A stretch of 62,461 nucleotides of DNA, filler included, from Sphacelaria rigidula (GCA_964200075.2; 11 parts of 11 records of this genome joined end to end with filler, not necessarily neighbours in it); one strand, 5' to 3'; positions 21,249 to 34,126 are shown, counted from the first letter of the whole stretch. The notes: generated from the letters alone by a model not told the origin. Program-made: numbers and translations.

Positions 21249-21959
21249 GTATTTTCTCGATGCAACGCCGGCTGCAGAGGAAAATATGTGGAAATGCGGG
21301 TCATGATTCATGGCGAAAAATACGCAAACAGAAACGTGCTAGTCGTTCTGGCGCGTTCGTCAGACACTGACTTTGTTGGGGGGGGGGATGAGAGAGGTGA
21401 TCGCGAGGAGAGTATCTACCCTTTTCGTTTTGTTGGGAGAATGCGTGGTGTTAACACAGAGGAAAGTAGCCCGCCCGAGCATGGATTTTGCACCAGGTCG
21501 GGTTGTTAAATTGCGGTACCTGCACAAATCGGCAGAAAATCGAAGTATGTGTAACTGGTGGTTTAAACATAAATACATCGTTTCGTGTGAAGAATCATGA
21601 GGCAGTATGTTGGTTCTGACAAAGTTTTTGGCTCCGGCATAGGCTGGTGGGGAGAGTGTTTCATCTCTATTTTTTGTGGGTGGGGTGTACTCATGATCAT
21701 GCGTGGCATAGTCATAAGAACATTGACTTTTTGTGGGTGGGGGGGGGGGGACAACGTCGTTCCAGTGGCGAATTTCCACGTATTTTTACGCCCCTTCAGG
21801 CAGCTGTCGTTCACAGTATATTTTCATGTTCCGCAGCGGGAATACAAATGGTGTCCGAGTACCTGGTCAATTATCGAGTGTTCGTTCCCCACCATCTTGA
21901 CTCTATTGGAACCGTTGATGACAAAAATGACGATTCACAATTGACGTTTTCTTGGGCAA

Positions 21960-22652
21960 GATGTGGTTGTCTTTCTACCATCGGCGTCGGTTTTCCGCCA
22001 AAAACCAACTTCGCTGAAATCAACTTTACTCCTTCCTGTACAAAGCCAATCGAAAATGCTCCAGCCTTTTTGTGACGTTCCAATTCTGCCTGCGTCGCGC
22101 CAAGCCATGCTTCCCGCAACTCTGGTTTTGCTACGTAGTCGGTACTGGTCGGTGCTGCCTCAACTTCACTTGTATGCAGGCCAAGCGGGTGAACGCAAAC
22201 CGGATTCAACCTGCTCTACTCTATCTTCCTCGCTTTGAGCGACTGAACAGAACAACTCGTTGTCAGCCAACTCGTTTTGGAATTAGACAATTGCATCTTG
22301 TCCTGCCACCTGTCCTGCTGCCGCGGTTATCGTCTCTACTGCTGAGCGTTTGTCGTCGGCCATCCCCGCCAACGCCGTCTCCGCTTCCTTTCTGCTATTT
22401 TCCCCTTCGCTAGCGATCGGCGTCTAGGCGTGTGTGTGACCCCATGGCTTCACGCCTTTGGCTTCTAGTGCGCCCCGGCCTTGGTGTCGACAACTCGTCG
22501 GCCCACGTGAGACGGCACAGCTCGGTCCTCGGGAGTTGAGGAGCGTCGCCGCCCGCCGCCCGCCGTCTTGCGAGGGACCTGTGACGCTAGCAGGTCTGCT
22601 AGGACTGCAGCGTCTAAAATGCTGTTGAGGGACTCCCCAGCTCTTCTGGCCT
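21960..22652 (-). mobile_element. Ty1/copia pol fragment (IN-RT linker and start of RT)
   Basis: APTSTDYVAKPELREAWLGATQAELERHKKAGAFS...EGVKLISAKLVF matches the copia RT lead-in (P.S...W..A...EL...G.F...G...I..KWVF). Confidence 0.75.
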
Positions 22653-22752
22653 NNNNNNNNNNNNNNNNNNNNNNNNNNNNNNNNNNNNNNNNNNNNTTAA
22701 TTAATTAANNNNNNNNNNNNNNNNNNNNNNNNNNNNNNNNNNNNNNNNNNNN
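22653..22752. other. Artificial contig linker 4
   Basis: Same 100-bp spacer. Confidence 0.98.
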
Positions 22753-23096
22753 CGCATGAAGGGTGAGCTGCATCCTGCTGAGATTGTTCGGCCCGAAGCC
22801 CACTGACTATCTTGCATTTGGATGATAGCTAACAATGAGTTGCTATATTCTGTGGTATCGCCAATTCCAGAGACAGCCACGTACACTGCCTCACGGATAT
22901 CTGACCAGCCGGGGGGGGGTGTTAGCGGCTCGCGGCTTTGCCGCTCGCCGCTGATTGTTTTCTGGCCGCTGGCGCGGCCAATATAAACTTGACCGTCCAG
23001 AGCAACCACTTCACAGCCCTAACAAAAATGCAAGCCCTCGTCAGCACGGTCATAATTGTCGCGACAACAAAAAAAATCCCCTGATGAACACCAGCA

Positions 23097-23352
23097 GAAT
23101 CATCCTACGATAGGGGGGGGGGTATTTGGTTGCACGAAAAAAGAGGCTCATAAGTTTGTCAGACATCGTTCCACACTTGCGTTGCGCTTGTATTTTTTGG
23201 TTCCAAACGGTGTTAGGCAGTATGGATGAGCGTTATTGATCCGCACCAAGCTTGTTAAAACAACCGTTGCTGCTTTCAACAACGATCTGGCTCAAAATTT
23301 CGAGCAACAAATGGCCCGAACTACCCTCCCCCCCCAATCGTAGGATAACTCA
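23097..23352 (+). mobile_element. MITE family B (ATCCTACGATAG-G(n) TIR)
   Basis: TIR ATCCTACGATAGGGGGGGGGGTA / TACCCTCCCCCCCAATCGTAGGAT; homologues at 34127-34210, 46222-46330 and 54545-54779. Confidence 0.85.
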
Positions 23353-25714
23353 GCGGACGGGGTCGACGCACAACTCGAACCCCCACACCAGAAACCCGGG
23401 TACCTTTACTACGGATTGCATAGACCCATGACGTGCCGACGCCGACGTTGCGCAGTCTTCCGCGCCGCTGACAGTACTCGCGAAGATTTGTTCAACACAG
23501 CCCGCAGAGCCCGCGACTAAGATTGTTCACGCGGCTCCCCTGGCACTATGCAGGAGCGGAACTGACGGCCGTTCAAACCGACCCCCGTCTTCACCCCTCC
23601 ACACACCGCGTAACAGTTGTGTCACCCCGCGACTCAGACCTACACCCGGTCCTGAACTTGGTCCTCCAGTTCCGAGTGTAAGTCTGAGGTGTGGGTGGAC
23701 CGACCGCCAGTCCCTGAGGCAAAGATTTCCCTCAGCGACCGCACGCACAGGTAGTAGCAAGCCTCTTTCAGCATGAAATGTTGCTGATTTGAACTTGACC
23801 ACATCGAATCATGCCATTCCCAACCAGTTGGATCGAGCTCCTTCCCCCCGATTTTCAACACGCACGGGCCTACCTTCGGCCGGTTCTAACAACAACCGCC
23901 CCAACACACCTTCGTCTATGACCCCCAGCCAAGCTTGCCTACGGAAAGCAGCCCACAAATTTCGCTCCGTTATGCCCCGATACTGACCCCATCTCCCTGA
24001 CTGGGCACAGTCGTGGTATTATCCCAAACTATTTTGGAATTTCCCCGACCATCGTCACCGCGAAAGAGAAAGACCCGTAAGCATGCCCCCAAGGACGCGC
24101 GCGCATCATCACGTACACCTCTTTCGAGCGGAAATCCTCGACCTCAATCTCTCCAAAATGCGACGACTTTGAGCTCGACGGGTATATCAAGTATCATGGA
24201 GGAAACTTGATAAAATATTTCTGACGTCACTACTTCTTCAATCAACGACTCCAGCCCCGCACAATCTGGATCCCCCTCGGACGGCGATCCCTGTCAACCA
24301 AAAACGATCATTTACGAAACCGCTAATGGTCACTCCGACAGTGCCACACCTGGACAAAATATACCGTCCTCACTGTTCTCTGGTGAGAAATCCGACCCAC
24401 CGGCGGATCACCCGCTGCGCGTTTTTGCTGTCAGCCCTGCTGATGCTGACCAATTTACCTTGCCGGAATACGGTCCGGATCATGTCGGCGGTAAAGTGTC
24501 TATGGATCCGGCGACTTTCACTACACGTACGGCGATCCACTCTGGTCCAAACGCTACCACGCCTACGAAATGCGTATCCTTGTTTGACAGCGGCAGCCCA
24601 CAAACATTTAGTCGAGAATCAACATGGAAACACATGAAACAGACTGGTGTGCTACTGCAGCTTGCGAAACCACCACCCAACCTCGAGTATGGGGCGGTTT
24701 CGGTGATTCTGCCACACCCCTGACGACACGAAAATCCGTACGTCTCAGTGTGTAATTCTTTCACAACACCACTCGTTCTGCCAGCCTTGCAGTCTGGGCA
24801 AACATTGTCCCCGACAGCACAATGCACTACGCCATAATATCGGGCAGAGAAAACGAACCTACCGCACGCTTCCACCACTATCGCCACATTCCACGCCTCG
24901 TGGAGAATTCAACCTTGAACACTTTGGTACTCTCCACGGCGCCCTGGCCTACCAGAAGAATACTTGAGCAATCGGAGCTACTTACCACCTACGATACAAT
25001 GGTAGCGTTGGTATTACACTCTCCGACGATCCTCCACTTTTAGAAGTTGCACTAGTTCGCCGACATGGCATGCCAGCACTTAAGGGTCATTATCTTGCCG
25101 AAATGCTACCCCGTACTGGCGCACCAGCCGATACAGAACATTTTGTCTCGGCGGGAAAACAACTCCTCCCTCTTACGGTTCATGCCAACTTGGAACCCGG
25201 CGGTATTTCAGGAATCGCCGCTGCTTCCCTGATGCACATCCCACTCGAGACATGCGTAACAGAGTCGGCTGTGCCAAATGCCACATCTCCGGCGGAGTCA
25301 GTCCATTGTGTCGATAAACCCTATTTCGACCTCGCCTCTACGACTCCACCCCAGGTCCACACCGTGGATCCTGCCCCGTCAAATTGCGATCCTCCGGCTG
25401 AAGTGCTTCAAGGCTTATCACCAGATTCTCGGAATAGTTTCTTGCAAATGTGGCACCAACTACCGCCACACATGCGCGACATCAATTTTGACCTTCATGG
25501 GCCCGGCTGGGAACCGGCAGTCATCCGTGAACTCAGTGATGTCCTACTGCAGTACCAAGACCGATTTTCCCGATCCAGGAAGGATGTTGGGCATTGCCAA
25601 ACGCTGCCCTTTGAGGTTACCCTCCAACCCGGCGTCTCGCCGATCTCTTCTCGGTCATACCTTTGATTGCACCGCCGTGTAATCCTCCCGTACTGGACGC
25701 AATCTCAAGATCAG

Positions 25715-25959
25715 ACACTTCCTACGATAGCCCCCCCCCAAATTAGCCCAAAAGTGTCATGAAAAATATGGTCATACAGCGCCTGATGTTTGGGTTCAGG
25801 CTGCATGAAGCGCCTCATATTGGCAACGTTGGCAAGAACGTATTAATGTGTGGGAATTCCCAGCTCCTCGTTGTTCTCGGCTTTTCCCCTTTCGATTCAC
25901 GTCAAGATTTTGCCTCCCAAAACCATGCACTTTGGGGGGGGGGGTACCGTGGAAAGTGT
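25715..25959 (-). mobile_element. MITE family A inserted in the gypsy element
   Basis: ACACTTCCTACGATAGCCCCC ... GGGGTACCGTGGAAAGTGT; internal sequence is the reverse homologue of 6419-6665. Confidence 0.9.
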
Positions 25960-26330
25960 CATCGGTATCTTGCTCACAACAAGAAATATCTCAACATGCG
26001 TTGTGGTGCAGCAGCCCGCGAACTTCACCGCGATCAGGGACAACGCTTCGTCGCCAATGGTTACGAACTTGTACCCACCAAGACTTGTAATACGAAGTTG
26101 TTCGATTACTAGCAAATACTGCCCAGGGGCAGCTACCTACGCAATCTCAACATCAGTATCTTGCTCACAACAACAAATATCGCAACATGCGTCGTGGCGC
26201 AGCAGCCCACGAACTTCACCGCGAACAGGAACAACACTTGGTCGCCAATGGTTACGAACTTGTACCCACCAAGACTTGTAATAAGATGTTCTTCGCAAAC
26301 CAGCGAATACTGCCCAGGGGCAGCTATCTT
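25960..26330 (+). repeat. About 190-bp tandem duplication within the gypsy ORF
   Basis: GTATCTTGCTCACAAC...GTCGCCAATGGTTACGAACTTGTACCCACCAAGACTTGTAATA...ATACTGCCCAGGGGCAGCTA occurs twice. Confidence 0.9.
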
Positions 26331-27602
26331 TGGTTCAAAGGCAGCGACGACCTCTGGGGGTTGGGTCAGACCCCCTCCGCTAACCTGGTTTCTGCCGACA
26401 CATACATCATGCGCTTCATCGATGACCCTGGACCCATACAGCTCAAGCTCCGGCCAGCACTGTACACCACCAGCCCATCTGCACCACGCGGATCCTGGTG
26501 CCTCCGGCGCCGTAAGTTCAAAGGACTTCGCCGCGGTTTCCAGAGCAACATCGACCACATCCGCGACGTCCACGCCTCGCTTTGAGCGACGCTCCTTTGC
26601 CGCAATTGTTGCCCCCCGTCTGTGGCATTGTTTGCCCTCCCTTCGTCACTAGGATCCTATTCTACGACATCCACAACAGAACCACCTACATCAGACGGCG
26701 GTCGAAGAATTACTGAAGACATCCACCACCTACGACTGCTGCAACTGTATTATCCCCTTCCAGCTGGCGCTCGACCTCGTTGGATCACCGATCTCCAGGT
26801 TTTGCTCCCGGCCAACATGCGTTGGTCGCATACTGATCTTGCCGTTTTTTCTCTTCGGATTCCCCCAGGTTGAAACCCTGCTCCCTTGTGTACCTCGCTG
26901 TTTTCCCCCTTCGTTTTGCTAGGACGCCGCAGCAATTTGTGCTTCTTCGTTGATCGTTAGCACGCAGAAGCAGTCTGTGCTTCCGCGTTTTGATGCAGTT
27001 TTTTCTGCTCCTCGAAGCAGTATGTGCTTCCCTTCTTTTGACGTGTGGGAGTGGGTACGGGAGTGTTGGGTTCGGGAGTGTTTTCTTGGGTTTGCTTTAT
27101 TAGCCGCTCATGACTTCACGGGTAAAGAAAAACCTTGGTTTTCGCTGCTTTGAGGATAAATCCAGCTGTAATGAAGGTTCGTCTGGGTGGGTTTGTGTCA
27201 TGAGGACGCATATTAGCCTGTTATCATGCCGCCTCAGACCCGTTGATGAGTCCGGTTTTATATTTGCAATGAGGGTACTCTAAGACTCAAGACTGCAGGT
27301 CTGTTCAGAGTTGGTTAGGCACGAGTGTGAGTTTGCATATATGGCAGAGACGATAATGCCTTGAGCGCGCCTTTGGCGAGCGAGGGCCACCCTCTGTCAC
27401 TACCGTCTACTTCCCCTCTCTCAGCAAGGAGTCTAACACTGGTGAGACTGACATACTGAGCGTGAGATATTGGTATTTATCGGACACGTCTTGTGTGAGA
27501 CGGTGCCTTCTTGTTTGGCCTAGTCGTTCAGTGTGAGGACTGACTCCCTTGCCTTGCCTAGTGAGCCTGTGCTTGCCATAAAAGCACCGTAACCCCATTA
27601 CA

Positions 27603-28170
27603 CATTGTCGATTTCTGGTGATTAGGGGGCATCACTCAACGAGCGTCATATACCCTTAATCGTAATCGATGATCACCAAATTGTGGGAGGTTACTGTCGA
27701 AACAAATTCGATCGGTTGATAAAGTAGAAAGAGAAAAAAAATGTTTTCGTCGAGTACGACCTTGCCAAACACAGACTTAATGGCCAAATTTGTTCCGAAA
27801 ACTGGGGGATAGGCAATTGTTATCCTCGGGTTATCATTATTTTTTTTCAAAATGGACCGCACTAGTTTCATAAATATATATACCAAAGGAGAAGGTCTGA
27901 AACATCCCAGGTGCTCCATTTTCGTAGTCATTGTCGATTTCTGGTAAAAAATGAGTGATAAGGGGGCATCACTCAACGTGTTTCATAGAGTACCTTAATC
28001 GTAACCGATGAACACCAAACTTGGGAAATTACTATCAAAACGTATTTCAAAGGGTTGAAAAAGGATAAAGAGGAAAAACATAGTTTCGTTGGGTACGGCG
28101 TTGCCAAACACCGACTTAATGGCGAAATTTGTTCAGAAAAGCAGGGGATAGGCAATTTTCATCCCCGCAA
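27603..28170. repeat. About 326-bp tandem repeat x2 (satellite-like or TE subterminal)
   Basis: CATTGTCGATTTCTGGT...AGGGGGCATCACTCAACG...TTGCCAAACAC.GACTTAATGGC.AAATTTGTTC.GAAAA...GGGGATAGGCAATT at 27603 and 27929. Confidence 0.85.
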
Positions 28171-28339
28171 TAAATGTTTCTTCGGACTGCTGCCGAGATG
28201 CCCCCCCCCCGAAACCGGCCAAAAACGTGCATGGGGGCGATGATTATAACTGCCGTTAAAGCTGGTTTCGTGCTGCACGCCACGACTGATTTGGGCGTTA
28301 TAGCTGATTTCGGACTGCTACACGCCTCTCATGTGGGCG

Positions 28340-28439
28340 NNNNNNNNNNNNNNNNNNNNNNNNNNNNNNNNNNNNNNNNNNNNTTAATTAATTAANNNNN
28401 NNNNNNNNNNNNNNNNNNNNNNNNNNNNNNNNNNNNNNN
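28340..28439. other. Artificial contig linker 5
   Basis: Same 100-bp spacer. Confidence 0.98.
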
Positions 28440-29616
28440 GGCTCCTCTCTGTGGAGTGATGCAAAGTGGCCAAGACGTGTGTTGGCGATTCTCCCTGTTC
28501 GGGGCTCAAAAAGTGGCTCAAATGCCATAAAAGTGGAGAATCCGTGGGCCAAACATCTATGTGCGATAATATTCGGCCTTAGCAGCATTTTTTTGCATCT
28601 TGTATCGCGTCTGCATCACTTTTTTCTGGGCCCCATTTTGTTTCATTTTACTCATCAATTTTTTGGGGGTAGTCAGCCTGATACCACGGTAGGCGTCCGC
28701 ATCACATGCCTAATGAGGAGTGCTGCGCATGTATCGGAACAGATCTTGTAATGTGAAGAAAACAATAACAATAACAACAATTGATAGTGATATTATAGTG
28801 AATAGTGATGATAGCAGTCATAATCACCACCGTTTCCACTTTGCTGCCCCGCTTTCCTCAAGGCAAAACTGCAGTACGTGCTCGCGACACACAGCTGACT
28901 TCGTGTCGTAAGTTCATCTGCAGATTTCATCACCCTTTTCTTCAGAAAATATGTATCTCAATTGTTGTGTTCTTGTCTATTAACTATAGTAGTGGTGCTG
29001 TCGTGCCAGTTCATCTCCAAAATCCGATGATAAAATACAATACTGGTTCTGGTGTTCTCTGTCCAGACCGTCACGTTCGGATCTTTTCAGGAGGGCTCGC
29101 AGTTGTAGGCAGTCTCGTCCAGCGTGTGTGTGGGCGGGATGCGCAGCAAAAGCGAACTTTATTTTTTATTTTTGCCTACTTACAGCACACGATTTAGATA
29201 CAATCGCCCGCCTTTCATCGAGGACTCTCGGTCTGCCTCGGGATGCAGTCAACCCTTGGACAACAAGAGCAGGTCATCCACTGAATCGGCATCAATGTTA
29301 CTTGAAAGCAACATGCATGATCCAGCTGGACTACCTCTGCGGCCAAGGGGTTAAGGGATAGCCTTACCCTTAGTCTTAACCTTAGACCTGACGGATTTAC
29401 AAGAAAGTTTAGTGTGCTCAACCATCTGACTTCGAAGCTGAGCTGAGACGAACCCGCATGTTCTTGTCTCACCTCTTCCTTCCCCCTCCCTCGCACGCGG
29501 CTGTTGTTTTTTGTGTTTCATCCTCGCCTCCGCCCCTCCGGTTCTTCCCTCCCCCTCTCCTGTCATTTGTATCGATCCTTGTTTGTTGTTGTTGTTTTCC
29601 TCTCTTTCCGTCTCGG

Positions 29617-29745
29617 TTTATGGATGATGACAAAAAGTGCGAGTTGGATGACCAAGATACTTCGCATGGACTGGCACACCTCTTGACCCTTGCGCTAAAC
29701 TACATGAGCGAGTCAAATAACGCGGAAGTCGTCGTTCTCACACAG
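29617..29745 (+). CDS. Deg/HtrA (protease Do-like, Deg2/9/10-type) exon leading into the second PDZ domain
   Basis: FMDDDKKCELDDQDTSHGLAHLLTLALNYMSESNNAEVVVLTQ|GTACG; joins in phase 0 to the exon at 32337; 5' boundary uncertain because CGG stands where CAG is expected. Confidence 0.7.
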
Positions 29746-29933
29746 GTACGAAGAAAAACATGGCAAAAAGAAGAAATAGAAAATGAGTACATCCCCACCT
29801 TCCTTCCCTATCCCGCCCCCAGAAGATTCTTCGTACGTGACTGTGAGTACCATACAGAGGGTGGACCTACACCAAAAGTGTGGAGGCTGTGCTTCGTGTG
29901 TGTTGATTGACTGACTAAGTGGTTGAAAGGTTG

Positions 29934-30052
29934 CACACCCTGGATGGTGACAATTACAATACATCGTCAAAAAGTGTACTGCGAACAGTATCGACTATTA
30001 GGTGATATAGATTACACTTTTTGAAAAATGTGACGTTTTTGTCCAGGGTATG
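29934..30052 (+). mobile_element. MITE family P
   Basis: CACACCCTGGA ... AAAAAGTGTACTGCGAACAGT ... TGTCCAGGGTATG. Confidence 0.7.
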
Positions 30053-30164
30053 TGTGAAAGGTCGATTGATTGTTTTTTCGCGAATTTTCTTATCCCCGAG
30101 GTCATGATCCACAAGCGTATATTACATGTGTATATTGTATGTGTATGTGTGTTTGTGTGTATAT

Positions 30165-30290
30165 CACACCCTGAATGATAGATTGCTCTGTCAGAAAGTG
30201 TACTGCGTGCAGTATTAACTATTGCGCCTATTGCAATAGACAAGAGGTTCCATTCTGTACGCAGTACTTTTTTCTGTTGTTCAGGGCGTG
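30165..30290 (+). mobile_element. MITE family P
   Basis: CACACCCTGAA ... AAGTGTACTGCGTGCAGT ... CTGTACGCAGTACTTTTT ... TTCAGGGCGTG. Confidence 0.7.
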
Positions 30291-32336
30291 GTGTGAATAC
30301 CTGTGTGTAGCGTTGCCGCCGCACCCCAATAGTCAAACTAGTTGAGGTTCGAATCCCGGAGAGTTTTTTTTTTGCTGAGAAGATTCTGCTCTTCCATCGT
30401 GAAATACGTGAGGAGGGGAAAGTCGCAAGATATGATTTGACAAAAGTCGAGAGAGTCGACGCGTTGCGGGGCGGGGCGGGCCGTCCTGCTCCAATATCCG
30501 CGTTATGAAAATGTTAGCCGTGTGCCGGTGCAGAGATGGGTAAATGAATCCGTGAATCCCTGGAGACTGCGTACTAGTCTGCTAAGGAAGGACAGGGATC
30601 GAAAGCATGACCGCAAGAAGAAATAAAAAAAAAAGCTCAGAAGATGACGGAATATTTGTGCGTGTACACCAGTTTATGTAGTCATGACTGGTGAAGACAA
30701 TATTTGAAGAAAAAGAGTGAAATGTACAGTAGTTTTGCTTTCGTCCTGGGCACTGCCATACTGCACTGGGTGTGTGTACGAGGACATATATATATATACA
30801 TACTGGTGTATATATTGGTTCTGGAATATGCGCGTGTGAAAGTGTGCCACAAGAAGCCGCGCTTGACTCGTGTAGAGTTTGCTAGTTACAAGCGGAAATC
30901 TGGGTGTTGTTTTCCACCCATTTATTGGCGAGCAGGCACGGGGGTGGACGTGGATGCGGGACGTTTTTTCAGGGCGCTTGGGTAATCTCAACGAGTCTTC
31001 TGAGTATGCGGTCGTACAGTTGATGCATGTGACCATCAAAGCTGTGTCGATCGACAGATGAATCTCTCCAACAGCAACATATAAATTGTATCAGTTACCT
31101 ATCATTTATATCAGTTACCTTATTTCCGGTGAAATGTCTTCCCTACAGGCAAGTTTTATTTGCTCTTGAGCGTCTGAGAAGCCAACATTTCGTCCTTACT
31201 TGATTTCAGAGTGTGTATATTTCTTCACTGATACCCCTTCGCTTCCATTTGACTGGAGATCAGGTCGCGTATTGTTCCTGCTTGGGTTTGTAGAACACTT
31301 GGCTTTCCGTGCCGTGGTTCTGTATGGCGATACGGTGCTGTGGCGTCGTAATGCGTTTCCTTTCATTTCCTGTGTCCACGTGTCAGCGGACCCCGCAACC
31401 GTCGGGGGTACCGTCATCCATCTCGACCGCTTTTTATTTGTGAAATCGGAAGATACGAGAATAAATTGTGCCAGAACTCTCTGCTACTACTACTACTTTG
31501 AGGTACATGCAAGTTTTGTTCATCGTCAGTGGCCTGAGGCAACGGTTTTCGCTTCTTCTTTTGGAATTTGAATCGGAATCATCTCAACGGGTGCTGATCC
31601 CTTGTGTGCGTGTGCTATGCGCGCGTCTCACACAGATCATCGTTCTCCTGATTGAAATCTGAACAGATATGTGCAAGGTCACGCACAACGTGCTCAGGTG
31701 CTGAGCAGCTACTGGTTTTCTTCAAACGATGTTATGTGCCATTACGCAACGCTCATCAATATCGCCGGTTCTCATGTATCTTGGCTGTCGATCCACAGAG
31801 CGTAGCGGCAAAAGGCGCCGAAAGCCTTGTGTGTGTTTGTATGTATATGTGTATATATATGTTTCGTCTGTTGTCGGATATCGCTTGTGAAAATCAATAT
31901 TTTTTCAAGGCTGCTGGTAAAGAGCGCACAGGTAACCAAAAAAAGGTTTTCAATGTCTGAATGACCAGCGGATAGGTTACGATGCTCCTGCACCGGTCAG
32001 GTATTGACATTATTGGGGTCGGGGAGGGTGTTATCGTAGTGTTTATACATATTCTTCATCCCACCCTTGTGAAATAGCTCCTTTTTTTTTTTGTACTACA
32101 TTTTTTCATTTTTTTTTTCTTCCTCTTCTTTTTTTTTCTAGCATGAATGAACGCGTGCAGTCAATCCTTTCTTCAAAAAGTATACAAAATATTATCGTCG
32201 AAAAACAGGAAAAGAAGTAAGTGAAGTTCCGTCTGCTACTACTGTGCCGTACCAACCCCATATTTTCCTTCACGCACGTTTAGTTCGTTCACACCCTCCC
32301 TCTCTCTCCCTCCTTCCCTCCTTCTATGCTCTGCAG

Positions 32337-32492
32337 GTGCTGGCTCACGAGGTGAATGTAGGCTACCAAGGGCTTGCAAACATTCAGCTTCTTAAGCTGA
32401 ACGACGAGAAAGTGCAGAGCCTGGGGCACCTGCTTCAGATGGTGGACGACAACAAGGAGCCTTTCCTGCGCTTCGAGTTCTTCCCCTCCACG
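32337..32492 (+). CDS. Deg/HtrA (protease Do-like) exon, C-terminal PDZ domain
   Basis: Polypyrimidine tract + CTGCAG acceptor; VLAHEVNVGYQGLANIQLLKLNDEKVQSLGHLLQMVDDNKEPFLRFEFFPST resembles the Deg2/Deg9 pattern VVL.QVLA..VN.GY...N..V..L..L..MV......L.F; GT donor. Confidence 0.85.
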
Positions 32493-32502
32493 GTGTGTCT
32501 GT

Positions 32503-32542
<40 letters not shown>
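32493..32542. repeat. (GT)n microsatellite at intron donor
   Basis: GTGTGTCTGTGTGTATGTGTGT... Confidence 0.95.
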
Positions 32543-32543
<1 letters not shown>

Positions 32544-33812
32544 ATATGTTTCATTTTTGTGGAGAGAACGTGTCAGACACCCCTGGATCCCCGCAACCTC
32601 GGTCCTTGAAAGAAAACTCACGCGGAGGTTTTTGTCCTGGCTTGAGGTAACTTGCTATGTGATCTGATTCCCACGAGGGGGTTCATCTCTATCCTGAGCA
32701 ACCTGTGTGTAGTCAGTCCTCCATGGTACTTCATGAACGAACTGCAGACCCGATAACTGAAGTACGAATGTGGCTCTTAGAGTAGTCAGTATTTCGTTGG
32801 AGCATGACGTTCTCATTTGAATTTTTGGGGTGTGTGTGTAACAATGTATGCCCTGGACAATTTTCTTCTTCTTTTCCTGTTTTGTGCTTTCACGGTGCTA
32901 GATAGATAATACTTCAGGCCTTGTCTTATCTCTATGTTCGTTTGTTCATTTGTTTGTTCTCTGCTTTTCGTTTCCTACCTTCTTCAAAGCTCCGCCTCAT
33001 ATATTTTTAGCTTTCATTGGTTTCAAGTATCCTTTGTTGGAAAGTCCATGCCGGTACAATATCATGGCACGGTTTATTCCCGTGTCCGCCGTCATCACTC
33101 CCGTCGGCACGATCGAAACCTCGCACTCAGCCACACATACGCGCGCGCTCGTATGACCATGATACAGTGACAAGTGCCTCTTGATGCCTTGACCGCCAGG
33201 GTGGCTTACTCGTACAACCAAATTTTCAAGTTTGGGCGCAAAAAAATGATGCCGATGCAAGAAATGACCGCCGCAGACAGTTGAAGGGTTCAACCCCCTC
33301 TTTGTACGAAAAATACTCGTGTATTTTTTGTCGTCCCAAGATACCAAAGATTTTCCTGCACGTCTAAAAACATACCGCAACCGGTGCTCAAAAAACATAT
33401 TATAGATTTTGAGTTTTAACCTTCCTTTCCCCCCCTTTTCTTTTGAGAGTTGTCGATTGACAGCGGCGCTGTGCAACACGCCTCTCACTGCGTGACCTAG
33501 GCATCAGGCTACCGGGGGGTTTTGCTTGCGTTTTTTTTCGCGGTAACTATGATGGTGATCGAGTTAGATCATACTGTGCGAAGTGGAAAACCTCAACTCC
33601 ACGCAAAGGGGATGATCAAACTACGCAGTGTTTGCATGGTGAGGCACTCATGAGGCAGTGCGGAACCCGTGACTGGCTCTGGACGTGGCGATACCAGAAA
33701 GTCAAGCAACTCATTGCAGGCTGTTATCCGTATGCAAGATAATTAGTACGTTCCCAGCCGAATAATCCTAGCACGATGAGCTAGCTCACCCTCCATGCGA
33801 CTTGCCTAACAA

Positions 33813-33947
33813 ATCACGGCGCTTTGCGCTTGGTGACTGAATGCGAGCCCGGTTCGGCGAAAGCCCGGCGTACTCCATCCCAGCTCTGTAGGGATGCGAG
33901 GTCAATGGTCAAATGACTACGGCATGCAAAATCATGAGTACACCCCC

Positions 33948-33982
<35 letters not shown>

Positions 33983-34005
33983 CCCCCCCCCCCCCCCCTC
34001 CCTCC
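33813..34005 (-). mobile_element. Repeat family C with long C-run
   Basis: Reverse-complement homologue of 16801-16950, followed by an interrupted poly-C of about 60 nt. Confidence 0.8.
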
Positions 34006-34026
34006 TCCTCCCACCGACACACGCGA

Positions 34027-34126
34027 NNNNNNNNNNNNNNNNNNNNNNNNNNNNNNNNNNNNNNNNNNNNTTAATTAATTAANNNNNNNNNNNNNNNNNN
34101 NNNNNNNNNNNNNNNNNNNNNNNNNN
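34027..34126. other. Artificial contig linker 6
   Basis: Same 100-bp spacer. Confidence 0.98.

Larger units (their letters stand above)
23400..27602 (+). mobile_element. Degenerate, internally deleted Ty3/gypsy LTR retrotransposon
   Basis: Protease motif CVSLFDSGSPQTF (about 24570-24610); gypsy RT lead-in LLQYQDRFSRSRKDVGHCQTLPFEVTLQPGVSPISSRSY (to 25660); then jumps to a C-terminal-type region; putative 3' LTR TGTCA...TTACA at 27196-27602 after a G-rich tract; 5' boundary approximate. Confidence 0.75.

Noticed and set aside
29087..29125. Additional upstream Deg exon (GGLAVVGSLVQ)
   Set aside because: Only weak resemblance to the expected GLVF motif, and the phase does not join cleanly.
29348..29388. 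Degenerate telomere-like hexamers
   Set aside because: Too short and degenerate, with no family T TIRs around it.
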